A stretch of 64,000 nt of DNA. Source: Cytophagales bacterium. GTDB taxonomy: Bacteria > Bacteroidota > Bacteroidia > Cytophagales > Spirosomataceae. Shown piece by piece: positions 10,650 to 21,244 of the stretch. Position 1 is the stretch's first letter. Each line of letters opens with the position of its first letter. The position numbers and the translations under genes were made by a program. The DNA is taken from positions 4,545-68,544 of the forward strand of contig JBBSUC010000029.1 of the NCBI GenBank assembly GCA_038235275.1, read 5' to 3'. Under the pieces are notes generated by a model that saw nothing but the letters and a program-made list of their open reading frames with translations, was not told the DNA's origin and made no database searches.

Positions 10650-11864
10650 CTACTCCTCCGGTTCGCTGCGTTTGGCGAATTCGGCGTCGATCAAATACGC
10701 GCCTTTCGTTACCAGCTTTTGCCCGGTCAGATCGACGGGGCTTTTGATGGCGATGTTGCCCGAGTCCGCCGTATCGCCGATTTCTACGGGAATGCGTTGG
10801 AATTCATGACTATTTTTTTCGATGTAAACAAACCCGTTCGCGCCCTTCCGTACCAGCGCGTCGGGCGGCACGGTCAGGGCAGTGCGGCTGCCCGTACGGA
10901 TATAGGCAGACACGTACTCGCCGGGAATGAGTTCGCTCTCCCGCTTTTCGTCGCGGACGTGGGCGTGAATGTTCAGGCTGCGGGATTCGCCTTCCAACAT
11001 CCGGCCCACCAAATGTACGTAGGCTTGCATAGGCTGGCCGTTGGCGGGTACGATACGCACTTCCTGGCCCTTTTGAATCAGCGGCGCATCCTGCTCGAAG
11101 ACGTTGAGTTCAATGTGCATGTGACTTTTGTCAATGATTTCCAGCAATTCCTCACCAGCCATCACTTGCTTGCCCAGATTGATGTTGGCTATGGTAATAT
11201 AACCATTGACGGGTGAGACGATCCGCGCCGCCGACGCGATGCCGTCTTTTTCCAACGTACCTACCGATAGCCCCAGCAACTTCATTTTGGCGGCGAGCGA
11301 TTGGGTCAAAGCCTGGGTAGCGGAGTAATCAGCCTGGGCTTTTTCGTAATTTTTCCGAGCACCTACGTTCTCGGCGCTGAGCGTTTTTTGCCGCTCCAGT
11401 TCTTTTTGCAGGAAAGTGAGTTGGCTGCTATTTTGCAGATAATCCTGCTGCAACTGAATAAAGTCGAAGCTTTCCAGCGTCGCCAGCAACTCGCCCCTGC
11501 GGACGCGCTGTCCCGGCAGGGTATTGACGTACTTTATTTTACCGCCGATGGGCAGGCTCACCGTCGCGCGGTTCTCGGGCGGTAAATCTACCCGGCCATT
11601 GGCCTTCACTTCCGAACTCACCGTTTCGTTTTGTGCGCTACCCAGCTGTACGCCGATGGCGCGGTACTGCGGCTCGGTTAGGGTGATTTCGTTGACGGTG
11701 GTGCTGTCGGGCGCTGCCTTTTCGGTAGAGGCCATTTCGTCCGTCGGTTGTGATTCCGTTTGGCAGGAAAGTAGTGCTGCTGACAGGAGCCAGCTGAGGC
11801 CAATGATGTGTTTCCAGTTATTGTTTTTCATAGAAAAATTCTTAATCCTTTGATATTGGGACAA
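10650..11864 (-). CDS. efflux RND transporter periplasmic adaptor subunit (membrane fusion protein, CzcB/CusB-like)
   Basis: 404 aa. Lipoprotein-type N-terminus (LLSAALLSCQ), coiled-coil/lipoyl/beta-barrel MFP architecture, and adjacency to the CusA/CzcA pump. Confidence 0.85.
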   Translation of the reverse strand: MSQYQRIKNFSMKNNNWKHIIGLSWLLSAALLSCQTESQPTDEMASTEKAAPDSTTVNEITLTEPQYRAIGVQLGSAQNETVSSEVKANGRVDLPPENRATVSLPIGGKIKYVNTLPGQRVRRGELLATLESFDFIQLQQDYLQNSSQLTFLQKELERQKTLSAENVGARKNYEKAQADYSATQALTQSLAAKMKLLGLSVGTLEKDGIASAARIVSPVNGYITIANINLGKQVMAGEELLEIIDKSHMHIELNVFEQDAPLIQKGQEVRIVPANGQPMQAYVHLVGRMLEGESRSLNIHAHVRDEKRESELIPGEYVSAYIRTGSRTALTVPPDALVRKGANGFVYIEKNSHEFQRIPVEIGDTADSGNIAIKSPVDLTGQKLVTKGAYLIDAEFAKRSEPEE

Positions 11865-11930
11865 ATGTGGGGTGTCCGATTATTTAGCTATCGGGCGAAC
11901 ACATGGGTTCGCAGGTACGCCTGTCCGACC

Positions 11931-14900
11931 CTACTGTACGCCTAAAATTTCCTCAATTCGAATTAGACTGATGTCGTATTCCAGGACACTATTCAGGTAT
12001 TCCTCTTGTAACAAATACGCCTGCTGGATGGCGGCGAAAAACTCTACGTAGCCGATGTCGCCGCTGGTGTAGGCCGTCAGGGCCGTCTGGCGGATGAGTG
12101 TGGCTTGCGGCAGCGCGGAATTCTCGTAGTATTGCAGTGTGGCGGCAAGGCTTTGCTGCCGGGCTCGGGCCACTTCCAGCTCGGTGGCGAGCTGCCGGAC
12201 GGTGTAGCTAAGTTGCGTTTCCTGAATTTGTTCCTGAATGCGAGCGGCCTGAACGCGGGCCGTTTGGGCTTTGGTAAAAAGCGGAAACGAAGCGCCCAAA
12301 TGCAGGGCGTTGTAGCCGTAAGTGCGCTCGATGGATTGGTTCAAAAAGCCCAGCCGCCACTCGGGCAATCGAGCGCGGGTTTCGAGGGTAGTTTGGCGGC
12401 GGCTGTTTTCAATTTTTTGCTGCAAAACATTCAGTTGCGGGTTGTTTTCCACCGCCACGACCGCCGCCACTTCCGGCCCAAGCGGCCGCCGCAACGCTAT
12501 CAGGGTGTCGATCTGTAAACTATCGTCGGTTTGGAGCAAAAGCCGCAACGAGACATAATGGACATTTCGCTCACGCCGGGCGTTGCGGATGCGCTGGCTC
12601 AGGTATTGCGCGCGACTTTGGGCCGTCACGGCTTCCAGCCGATTCGATTCGCCCGTGCGGAAGCGTACTTCCGCCGCCCGCGCCGCTTCCTGGTAAAGCG
12701 CGTTTTGGGCTTCTAAGATAGTTAAAAACTGCTGATCGAAAAGCAGTTGGTAGTACGTCCGCTTCACCTCATTAGCCAGTCGCACCTGATTGACAACCAA
12801 CTGATAGCGCGCGCTCTGCACGTTGCCCTCGATCACCTCCCGCTGCGCCCGGTACAATCCCGGCGCCGAAAAAGATTGAATAGCCGTCACGGTATAGTCC
12901 AGCGGCCGCGCCTGCGTCTGCCCGTACTGCACATCCACGGCTGTCTTGGGCGGATTGAATGAAGAAGGCAACAAAGCCTGCTGTTGCTGAATGCCTAGCT
13001 GATCGGATTTAATGAGTAAGTTCTGACCAGCCGCCTGCTCAATAGCGTCCGAAAGGGAGATTGCTTTTTGAGCTTGGGTTTTAAGGGGAAGGCACAAAGT
13101 TCCAAAGGCACAAAGCGGTACGGCGATCCGGCACAAAGTGAAGATTTGTAGACCAAGATTTGCATTTCCCTTATTAGGTGTGAATCCTTCATCTTCTCCT
13201 TCCCGCCTTCCTCCTTTCCTCCCCCCTCCTTTGACAAGGCTATACAAAACCGGCAACACCACCAGCGTCAGCAGCGTGGCCGTGATGAGGCCACCGATCA
13301 CGACGGTTGCCAGCGGACGCTGCACCTCTGCGCCCGCCGAAGTGGACAGCGCCATGGGCAGAAAACCCAGCGAGGCCACCGAAGCGGTCATAATCACGGG
13401 CCGGAAACGATCCTGGACGCCGTGCAGGATGCGCTCGCGCAGGTCACGATTGCCTTTTTTGGCCAGTTGGTCGAGGTAGCTGATGAGAACGATGCCGTTG
13501 AGGACCGCCACGCCGAAGAGCGCGATGAAACCTACGCCCGCCGAAATACTGAACGGCATGTCGCGCAGCCACAGCGCCCAGATCCCTCCCGCCGCCGAAA
13601 AGGGTACGGCGGTAAAGATCAGCAATGCCTCCACCAGAGAGCCGAAGGTGAAGTACAACAGCACAAAAATAAGGGCCAAAGCTAGCGGCACGGCGATGAG
13701 CAGCCGATCGGAAGCTTGTTTTAGATTCTCGAATGCCCCGCCGTAGCTGTAATAGTAACCTTCCGGCAGCGGCACGCTCTTTTCGATTTTGGCCTGAATG
13801 TCCTGCACCACGCTCTGCACGTCGCGACCCAGCACGTTGATGCCAATAGTGATGCGCCGCTTGGTGTCGTCGCGCGAGATTTGGGCGGGGGCTTCCTGGT
13901 AGGTGATTTCGGCTAGTTCGCCCAGCGGCACGGCCCCGCCGCGCGGCAGCGGCACGTAGAGGTTGCGCAGGTCGGTCAGGTCGGTGCGATGGGTGCTGTC
14001 GAGCCGCACGACGAGATCGAAGCGACGCTCGCCCTCGAAGACCACGCCTGCCGTCTCGCCCGCGAAGGCGGTGCGAATGAGCTGGTTGACATCGGCCACG
14101 TCGAGTCCGTATTGCGCCAGGCGGTCGCGGTAGTAGGCGGCGTTGATTTGGGGCAATCCCACGATGGGTTCGACGCGGCAACTGGCCACGCCCGCGATGG
14201 GCGTGATGAGGGCGGCGGCGGCGTTGGCGCGTTCAAAAAGTTGGTTCAGATCGTCGCCGTAGATTTTTACGACCACGTCGGAGCGCGCGCCAGTAACCAT
14301 CTCATTGAAGCGCATCTGGATCGGCTGGGTAAATTCGGCCATGACGCCCGGTACTTCGCGCTCCAGTACTTCGGCCATTTTTTTCGACATTTCTTCCCGG
14401 TTGCTGGCCGAGGTCCACTCGCTGCGTGGTTTCATGTTGATCATCTGGTCGGTCATCTCGACGGACATCGGGTCGGTGGGTACTTCCGAAGCCCCAATAC
14501 GGCCCACGACCTGCCGAATCTCGGGAAAGTTTTTGAGCAAGGCGCGTTCGGCTCTCAGCGAGGCTTCGATGGTTTCGGTGAGTGATGTACCTGTGGGCAT
14601 TCGAAAATCGATGGCGATGTCGCCCTCGTCGAGCTGCGGGATAAATTCCCCGCCCAGCGTGCTGAACAGCCACGCGCTGCCCGCCAAAACAACGACTGCC
14701 ACCGTGACCACCGCCCAGCGAAAATTCAGCGCCCGGCGCACGAGCGGTTCGTAGGCGGCGTACATTTTCCCAACTAGTTTGTCGGAGAAATTTTTCTCGT
14801 TTCGTATTTCTTTTTTCAAAAACAAAGCCGTGGCTGCCGGGACGTAGGTCAGCGAGAGCAGCAACGCCCCGACAATGGCAAAACTTACCGCCAACGCCAT

Positions 14901-16364
14901 TGGCTGAAACATCTTGCCCTCAATTCCTGACAAAGAAAGAATGGGAATATAGACGATGAGAATAATGATTTGCCCAAAAACCGCCGATTTCAGAATGCGC
15001 GAGGCGTTGGTCTGAACGGTTTCGTCCATTTGGTCTTGGCTCAATTTGTCGCCCGTTTTCCAATGGCCGTGCAGAAAGTGCAATACGCCCTCGACCACGA
15101 TCACCGAGCCGTCCACGACCAAGCCAAAGTCAATTGCGCCCAAACTCATGAGATTCGCCGATACTCCGAACAACCGCATCATCCCGAAAGTGAAGAGCAT
15201 CGCCAACGGAATCACCGACGCCACGATCAACCCCGCCCGCCAGTTACCCAGCAGCAGCACCAGCACGAAAATCACGATCAACCCGCCTTCCAGCAGGTTT
15301 TTCTCCACCGTCCTGATAGCGCGGTCGATGAGTTCGGTGCGGTCGATGAACGGTACGATGCGGACGCCTTCGGGCAAGGACTTTTGAATACGGGCCACGC
15401 GTTCCTTCACCAGCATGATGGTGCGCTCGGCGTCGGCCCCTTTGAGCATGAGTACCACCGCGCCCACGGCTTCGCTTTGGCCGTCGCGGGTCATGGCACC
15501 GTAGCGGACAGCGGCTCCGTACTTTACGTCGGCTACATTCCGCACCAGCAACGGAACGCCCTCGTTGGTTTTCAGGACGATGTTGCCGATGTCTTCCAGA
15601 CTTTTTACCGCTCCTTCCCCCCGGATGAAGAATGCCTGACTACTTTTCTCGAGGTAACTGCCGCCGGTGTTGCCGTTGTTGTGCTGCACAGCCATGAAGA
15701 GTTCCGCCACCGTGACGCCCGCTGCCCGCAGCCGCTCGGGATTTATGCTGACCTCGTACTGCTTCACGTGACCTCCGAAGCTGCTTACCTCCACCACGCC
15801 GGGAACACCCGCCATTTGGCGCTTCACGATCCAGTCCTGCATGGTGCGGAGTTCGGTGAGGTCGTAGCGGTTTTCGTAACCGGGCTGCGGCACGAGGGTG
15901 TACTGATAAATCTCGCCCAGCCCCGTGGTGATGGGGGCCAGGTAGGGCTTACCGAACTCGGCGGGAATGTCCTGCTCGGCCTGCGCCAGTTGCTCGCCCA
16001 CCAGTTGGCGGGCTTTGAGGATGTCCATGCCATCGTCGAAAACGACCGTAATCACCGACAGCCCCAGCCGCGACACGGAGCGGATTTCGGCCACGCCCTG
16101 CACGTTGGCCAGGCTCAGCTCCACGGGCGTGGTGATGTACTGCTCCATTTCCTGCGCCGCCAGCGCGGGCGACTGCGTGAGTACGACAACCTGATTGGTG
16201 GTGATGTCCGGCACGGCGTCGATGGGGAGCTGCAACAGCGAATAACTGCCCCAGCCGATTAGTCCCAGTATGAGCATCCCAACGATCAGCTTATTCTGGA
16301 CGCTGAACCGGATAATTGATTCAAATGACATACATGGTATTGGATTGCGTCCCGCGCCGGGCAT
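11931..16364 (-). CDS. CusA/CzcA-family heavy-metal efflux RND permease continuous in frame with a TolC-like outer membrane factor (apparent fusion)
   Basis: 1477 aa. The N-terminal ~1040 aa matches CusA/CzcA (SIIRFSVQNKLIVGMLILGLIGWGSYSLLQLPIDAVPDITTNQVVV...). A low-complexity linker GGGRKGGRREGEDEG follows. Next comes a signal-peptide-like segment (CRIAVPLCAFGTLCLPLKTQAQ) and a TolC-family domain (ISLSDAIEQAAGQN...). No stop codon separates the two. Confidence 0.75.
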   Translation of the reverse strand: MPGAGRNPIPCMSFESIIRFSVQNKLIVGMLILGLIGWGSYSLLQLPIDAVPDITTNQVVVLTQSPALAAQEMEQYITTPVELSLANVQGVAEIRSVSRLGLSVITVVFDDGMDILKARQLVGEQLAQAEQDIPAEFGKPYLAPITTGLGEIYQYTLVPQPGYENRYDLTELRTMQDWIVKRQMAGVPGVVEVSSFGGHVKQYEVSINPERLRAAGVTVAELFMAVQHNNGNTGGSYLEKSSQAFFIRGEGAVKSLEDIGNIVLKTNEGVPLLVRNVADVKYGAAVRYGAMTRDGQSEAVGAVVLMLKGADAERTIMLVKERVARIQKSLPEGVRIVPFIDRTELIDRAIRTVEKNLLEGGLIVIFVLVLLLGNWRAGLIVASVIPLAMLFTFGMMRLFGVSANLMSLGAIDFGLVVDGSVIVVEGVLHFLHGHWKTGDKLSQDQMDETVQTNASRILKSAVFGQIIILIVYIPILSLSGIEGKMFQPMALAVSFAIVGALLLSLTYVPAATALFLKKEIRNEKNFSDKLVGKMYAAYEPLVRRALNFRWAVVTVAVVVLAGSAWLFSTLGGEFIPQLDEGDIAIDFRMPTGTSLTETIEASLRAERALLKNFPEIRQVVGRIGASEVPTDPMSVEMTDQMINMKPRSEWTSASNREEMSKKMAEVLEREVPGVMAEFTQPIQMRFNEMVTGARSDVVVKIYGDDLNQLFERANAAAALITPIAGVASCRVEPIVGLPQINAAYYRDRLAQYGLDVADVNQLIRTAFAGETAGVVFEGERRFDLVVRLDSTHRTDLTDLRNLYVPLPRGGAVPLGELAEITYQEAPAQISRDDTKRRITIGINVLGRDVQSVVQDIQAKIEKSVPLPEGYYYSYGGAFENLKQASDRLLIAVPLALALIFVLLYFTFGSLVEALLIFTAVPFSAAGGIWALWLRDMPFSISAGVGFIALFGVAVLNGIVLISYLDQLAKKGNRDLRERILHGVQDRFRPVIMTASVASLGFLPMALSTSAGAEVQRPLATVVIGGLITATLLTLVVLPVLYSLVKGGGRKGGRREGEDEGFTPNKGNANLGLQIFTLCRIAVPLCAFGTLCLPLKTQAQKAISLSDAIEQAAGQNLLIKSDQLGIQQQQALLPSSFNPPKTAVDVQYGQTQARPLDYTVTAIQSFSAPGLYRAQREVIEGNVQSARYQLVVNQVRLANEVKRTYYQLLFDQQFLTILEAQNALYQEAARAAEVRFRTGESNRLEAVTAQSRAQYLSQRIRNARRERNVHYVSLRLLLQTDDSLQIDTLIALRRPLGPEVAAVVAVENNPQLNVLQQKIENSRRQTTLETRARLPEWRLGFLNQSIERTYGYNALHLGASFPLFTKAQTARVQAARIQEQIQETQLSYTVRQLATELEVARARQQSLAATLQYYENSALPQATLIRQTALTAYTSGDIGYVEFFAAIQQAYLLQEEYLNSVLEYDISLIRIEEILGVQ

Positions 16365-16478
16365 TCCACCAAGCGGAATGCTTACCGACTACGGTACGCA
16401 GATAAGGATTTTAGAAAGAAAATTTGATTGGGTCGAACGGATTATTCTCCGTTTAGGGATGCACGTGCCGTACGAAGC

Positions 16479-16865
16479 CTAAAATTTAGGCGGATTGAGC
16501 AGGACGCTCTTGAATTGGAACGAGTAGAGGTTATTCCAAAAGAAATTTTTCAAACGAGAAAAAACGGCTGTTTTTACATCGGCCACCTCCAGCGTAAGCA
16601 GCGTGGGCAGGCATAGTAGCACTGAGGCGTGCAGGTTCAAACAGGGCAGTTTGCTGTGGTCTTCCATGCCTTTATGCTTTGACCCCGCCCCGTAGTGCAT
16701 TTGCAGGAAAGTCAGAAAATTAATCTGGCCGTCGGTTTTTTGGAGATGAAGCTGGTAGTGTTGCACCAAATCGGGAAGCTTGGCCAACTCGTGCCAACCG
16801 TCGCCCGGCAAAAGGCTGCCGATCAACAAGTTAAAGGACAAGAAATAGACAAGGAAACCCTTCAT
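16479..16865 (-). CDS. small secreted His-rich protein leading the czc/cus operon (possible periplasmic metal-binding protein)
   Basis: 128 aa. Signal peptide MKGFLVYFLSFNLLIGSLLPG. His-rich segments (HELAKLPDLVQHYQLHLQ, MHYGAGSKHKGMEDH). Sits immediately upstream of the RND pump on the same strand. Confidence 0.45.
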   Translation of the reverse strand: MKGFLVYFLSFNLLIGSLLPGDGWHELAKLPDLVQHYQLHLQKTDGQINFLTFLQMHYGAGSKHKGMEDHSKLPCLNLHASVLLCLPTLLTLEVADVKTAVFSRLKNFFWNNLYSFQFKSVLLNPPKF

Positions 16866-17048
16866 GAACCAGGAATGGACGAACTAATAGTGCGTTAACG
16901 ACCAAAACTATCCAATTAATTCTGCGGGTCAGGGATTTGTAAAAAATTTAGAACTATTACAAATAGTTTTGAGAGGCGGACCGTCGCGAAGCTGCTATTC
17001 GTCGGTTGTTTTAGATTTAACGGGCGAATGGGTGTCAACGGACTAATA

Positions 17049-17411
17049 CTACACATCAAACCTACTCACAAAACTCTGGTCATTGCCCTCAACCGGATAG
17101 TAGTAGTAGATAATAAATAGCTTCGTTTTGGTCGGTATTCCTTTAATTGTGGTCGTATTAATTCGGGCATTTTCACGCACACATTCCAAAAGTCGGCGGG
17201 CAAGATCGGCATTATCGAATTCCTGACGCGCCTTTATTTTTTCAATGGATAAATCTTCATTTACGTCTAGCTCGTAAACGGCGAACCTGCGTTGATTTTC
17301 AAATCCTCTCATGTTTTCATCGCAGCCACCCAAACTGAATAGCGCCAAGTGATATGGATTGTAAGATTCCATATTATTTTTCTTCAAAAAATCTAGCGTC
17401 GCTAGTTTCAA
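17049..17411 (-). CDS. hypothetical protein
   Basis: 120-aa ORF in a locally lower-GC stretch. No recognised motif. Confidence 0.3.
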   Translation of the reverse strand: MKLATLDFLKKNNMESYNPYHLALFSLGGCDENMRGFENQRRFAVYELDVNEDLSIEKIKARQEFDNADLARRLLECVRENARINTTTIKGIPTKTKLFIIYYYYPVEGNDQSFVSRFDV

Positions 17412-17460
17412 CTCAATGCTTTTTTTGTCATTGCCAGCTGCCTTGGGATGCTGGATAGAA

Positions 17461-17811
17461 TCAAAGCGATTGAGCTCTTGGCTGCCCGAACACGAATGCA
17501 GGGATCTTATTTTGTCCTAATTTGGCAAAAACGAGCCAGGTCGAGCCTTCCGGCATCGTGAACGCACAGGAGGTGTTGGCCATAGTATTTATCCTCATTG
17601 TGGAGGTAGCTTCACCCTTGTATAGGTTCAGCAAGTCAATTTCCAGGATAAGATAGGTGCTGCTCTTAGGATCAGGCGTAGCTTTTGAGATTTTCACCAA
17701 GGCCACAAATTCGGAATCCTGATAATTTTCAGATAAAATAGGGGGGGAACAATGACAGCCCGCCGCCGGTACGGACCAAAGTGCGAGCAGCAGGCATAGT
17801 ATCTTTTTCAT
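17461..17811 (-). CDS. hypothetical secreted protein
   Basis: 116 aa. Signal peptide MKKILCLLLALWSVPAAGC (possible lipoprotein Cys). Confidence 0.35.
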   Translation of the reverse strand: MKKILCLLLALWSVPAAGCHCSPPILSENYQDSEFVALVKISKATPDPKSSTYLILEIDLLNLYKGEATSTMRINTMANTSCAFTMPEGSTWLVFAKLGQNKIPAFVFGQPRAQSL

Positions 17812-17821
17812 GGCTACTTAT

Positions 17822-18370
17822 TTACCTGCCAAAATCGTCCTGTACCCGTACGATGTCGTCCTCGTCGGAAGGATTGGCCGGGTCGGTGTGTTGCCAGATT
17901 TCGGCCACCACGCCGTAGCCGTCGGTGCCGACCAGGCGGTGACGCTCCCCGCATTTGAGGTTTACGAGGTCGCCGATGGCGAGCGTTTGGAGGTCAGTTT
18001 GCTCGTCGGTGTCAGAAATGACTACGCCCGCCACGCCGCCGACAAGTTTCCAAATTTCGGCCCGGCGGTGGTGGTACTGCCACGAAAGCCGCTGATCGGG
18101 GGCTACTACTAAAATTTTAGGACTTAGTTTTTGGCCTTCGGCAAAGTCGTCCAGCGATAGATGCGGAAAAAACTCGGCGATGAACTGCGCGGCCTGCCGT
18201 TCGTCCAGCACAAAAAAGCCGCCCCAGGGACGGTCGAAATCCTGGCTTGCGATGTCGAAGCCCTTACCAGATAGGAAAGTTTGAACGCTGGAAAATATCT
18301 CTTCTTTGGGAGCCGTAGGGTTGAGTTGCATAGGGAAAGCGGCGGGTTGAAAAGTGCACTGTTGCGGCAA
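17822..18370 (-). CDS. cupin-domain protein (mannose-6-phosphate isomerase-like fold)
   Basis: WQYHHRRAEIWKLVGG...GDLVNLKCGERHRL resembles the two cupin motifs G(X)5HXH...G(X)5PXG...H. The true start may be the internal Met MQLNPTAP. Confidence 0.5.
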   Translation of the reverse strand: MPQQCTFQPAAFPMQLNPTAPKEEIFSSVQTFLSGKGFDIASQDFDRPWGGFFVLDERQAAQFIAEFFPHLSLDDFAEGQKLSPKILVVAPDQRLSWQYHHRRAEIWKLVGGVAGVVISDTDEQTDLQTLAIGDLVNLKCGERHRLVGTDGYGVVAEIWQHTDPANPSDEDDIVRVQDDFGR

Positions 18371-18388
18371 AAATAGCGAACAAATTTG

Positions 18389-19840
18389 TTACTTTGGGTA
18401 AATCCCGTCGTAGTTGCTACCCATGTAGCTTCCCCATTTGATGGGTTTTGTAATGGGGATTTTGGTTTTAAGACAATCCACCTGCATGCCATCGAAGACA
18501 TAGGTCTGGAAACGATTGTTGCTGTGGCAAAAAACAATGTCCAGAAACCCGTCGTCGTCGAGGTCGCCCACCCAGGGCGTGGAAGAAATATTGTGGCCCG
18601 ACAATCCTTCTAGTAGCTGGGTTGCTTCATTGGTCGAAAACTCAAAAATCATCAGGGTGTTGTAGAAAGTCGCCAGGTTCAGGGAATCATACGCCTGAAA
18701 ATTAATAGAGAGCAGCGCCTCGTCGCGTCCGTCGCCATTCACATCGACGGCCACGGCCGAGCTGGTCTGGTAGTACCCCAGCGAATCGCTGAACTCGATG
18801 GCGCCGTTGGTGCCATTAAGCATATATTGGCGGGTCCATTCCAGTTTGGGCCAAACCCCTCGCGCGAAAGACACGAAGAAATCCGGCGTGGCATCGTCCG
18901 TGAAGTTTCCGATAGTGACCGAGCTGTACGCCTCGACGCCGGGCATGGGGGTACTCCACAGCGGAGCCAAATTTTTTCCGTCGAAAGCCAGCAGTCGCCC
19001 GTCCACGGCCGCCGCTACCACGTCTGGCTGCCCGTCGGAATTGACATCCACCCAGGCGGGCGGCGCAATAAACCCTTTATTGGGGCTGGTCGCAATTTTT
19101 TTGGCGGTCGAAAGATCGCCCCGAAGCACCTCCTTCAAAGTCCCCACGAAAAGATTCCCGCCGACGGTTTCGCCACCGGTGCCAAAAATAATTTGGTAGT
19201 CGTCTCCGGTTTTCAAAGCTGAAATAGACATGTAAATCTCTTTACCGTCGGGCATGGTCGCCTCGGCCAGGAGCGCCCCCGTGCGGCTACTCAGCACCAC
19301 CAGTCGGCCGGCGGCGCGGTTGGGGTTGTAAGGGGCCACGGCGATATCGCCCCCGTTGGCGATGAGGATATCCTGAACCCCGTCCCCGTCCTGGTCGTCG
19401 ATGAATTGGGGATTATAAAAATTAAACCACCGTTTCTTGCCTCCTTCCCCGTACCTCAGCGTGTCGAACCGCCAGAAAGCCTTCCCGTTGCGCCCGTCGA
19501 GGGCCATGAGTTCGCGAGACCGGCCGCCTACCACAACATCCTGCACGCCATCCTGATTGATGTCGAGCAGTCCGGGTGAAATGAAAAGCTGGTCGCTTGC
19601 CGAATTGCGCCAAAGTAGGTCACCGTTGCGCCCATCCAGCGCGAACACCGCCGTGTCGGAATGCAAAAATTCCTCTTTTCCCGCCCCCAGAATGATATCC
19701 CGAACTCCATCGCCGTTCAAATCGGCCACGCGGGGCGACGAAAACGTACCGATTCCCGGTAAGATTTTGGACCAGTTGGATTGCCCGCGTGCGGCCACGG
19801 TTACCAGCACGACAAGCAGAATGCTAAACGAGGATTTCAA
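18389..19840 (-). CDS. FG-GAP/VCBS repeat beta-propeller protein, secreted
   Basis: Signal peptide. Repeated DxNGDGxxDxxxG motifs (DLNGDGVRDIILGAG, DINQDGVQDVVVGG, DQDGDGVQDILIANGG, DVNSDGQPDVV, DVNGDGRDEALL, DLDDDGFLDIV). Confidence 0.7.
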   Translation of the reverse strand: MKSSFSILLVVLVTVAARGQSNWSKILPGIGTFSSPRVADLNGDGVRDIILGAGKEEFLHSDTAVFALDGRNGDLLWRNSASDQLFISPGLLDINQDGVQDVVVGGRSRELMALDGRNGKAFWRFDTLRYGEGGKKRWFNFYNPQFIDDQDGDGVQDILIANGGDIAVAPYNPNRAAGRLVVLSSRTGALLAEATMPDGKEIYMSISALKTGDDYQIIFGTGGETVGGNLFVGTLKEVLRGDLSTAKKIATSPNKGFIAPPAWVDVNSDGQPDVVAAAVDGRLLAFDGKNLAPLWSTPMPGVEAYSSVTIGNFTDDATPDFFVSFARGVWPKLEWTRQYMLNGTNGAIEFSDSLGYYQTSSAVAVDVNGDGRDEALLSINFQAYDSLNLATFYNTLMIFEFSTNEATQLLEGLSGHNISSTPWVGDLDDDGFLDIVFCHSNNRFQTYVFDGMQVDCLKTKIPITKPIKWGSYMGSNYDGIYPK

Positions 19841-19919
19841 TGGTGTTTTTGCAAAAATTAAAAAAAAGCGGTGATTCTCATTTGAAAATCACCGCATCGG
19901 TACATCGCATAAATCGACT

Positions 19920-20987
<1,068 letters not shown>

Positions 20988-21244
20988 TTTTTTAGTTGAC
21001 AGTGGATGGTGGACCGGTTGACAGTGCCAACTGGCCAACGTCCGGTTTTGAAGTTAGAATCGCAATTTATAGATTATTCATTATTCTTTTAGAAAAATCT
21101 TAGTGTGACAAGTAAAAATTGATTTTCCGGTCGTCTATTCCCTTTCCTTTTTCAAAAACTAAAGGAGCTATTTTTGGGTTAAGATCAGGATACGGTCTTT
21201 CCACCCGCTCTGGCCCTTGTGGGCCACACACCTTAGTCCAACGC

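Noticed and set aside
13444-16262. Long plus-strand ORFs (for example 13444..14181 on the minus strand in another frame, 13989..14585, 14970..16262) inside the RND pump gene
   Set aside because: They are antisense or alternate-frame shadow ORFs typical of GC-rich coding DNA. Their translations are low-complexity (R/G/A/H-rich) and overlap a gene with unambiguous homology.
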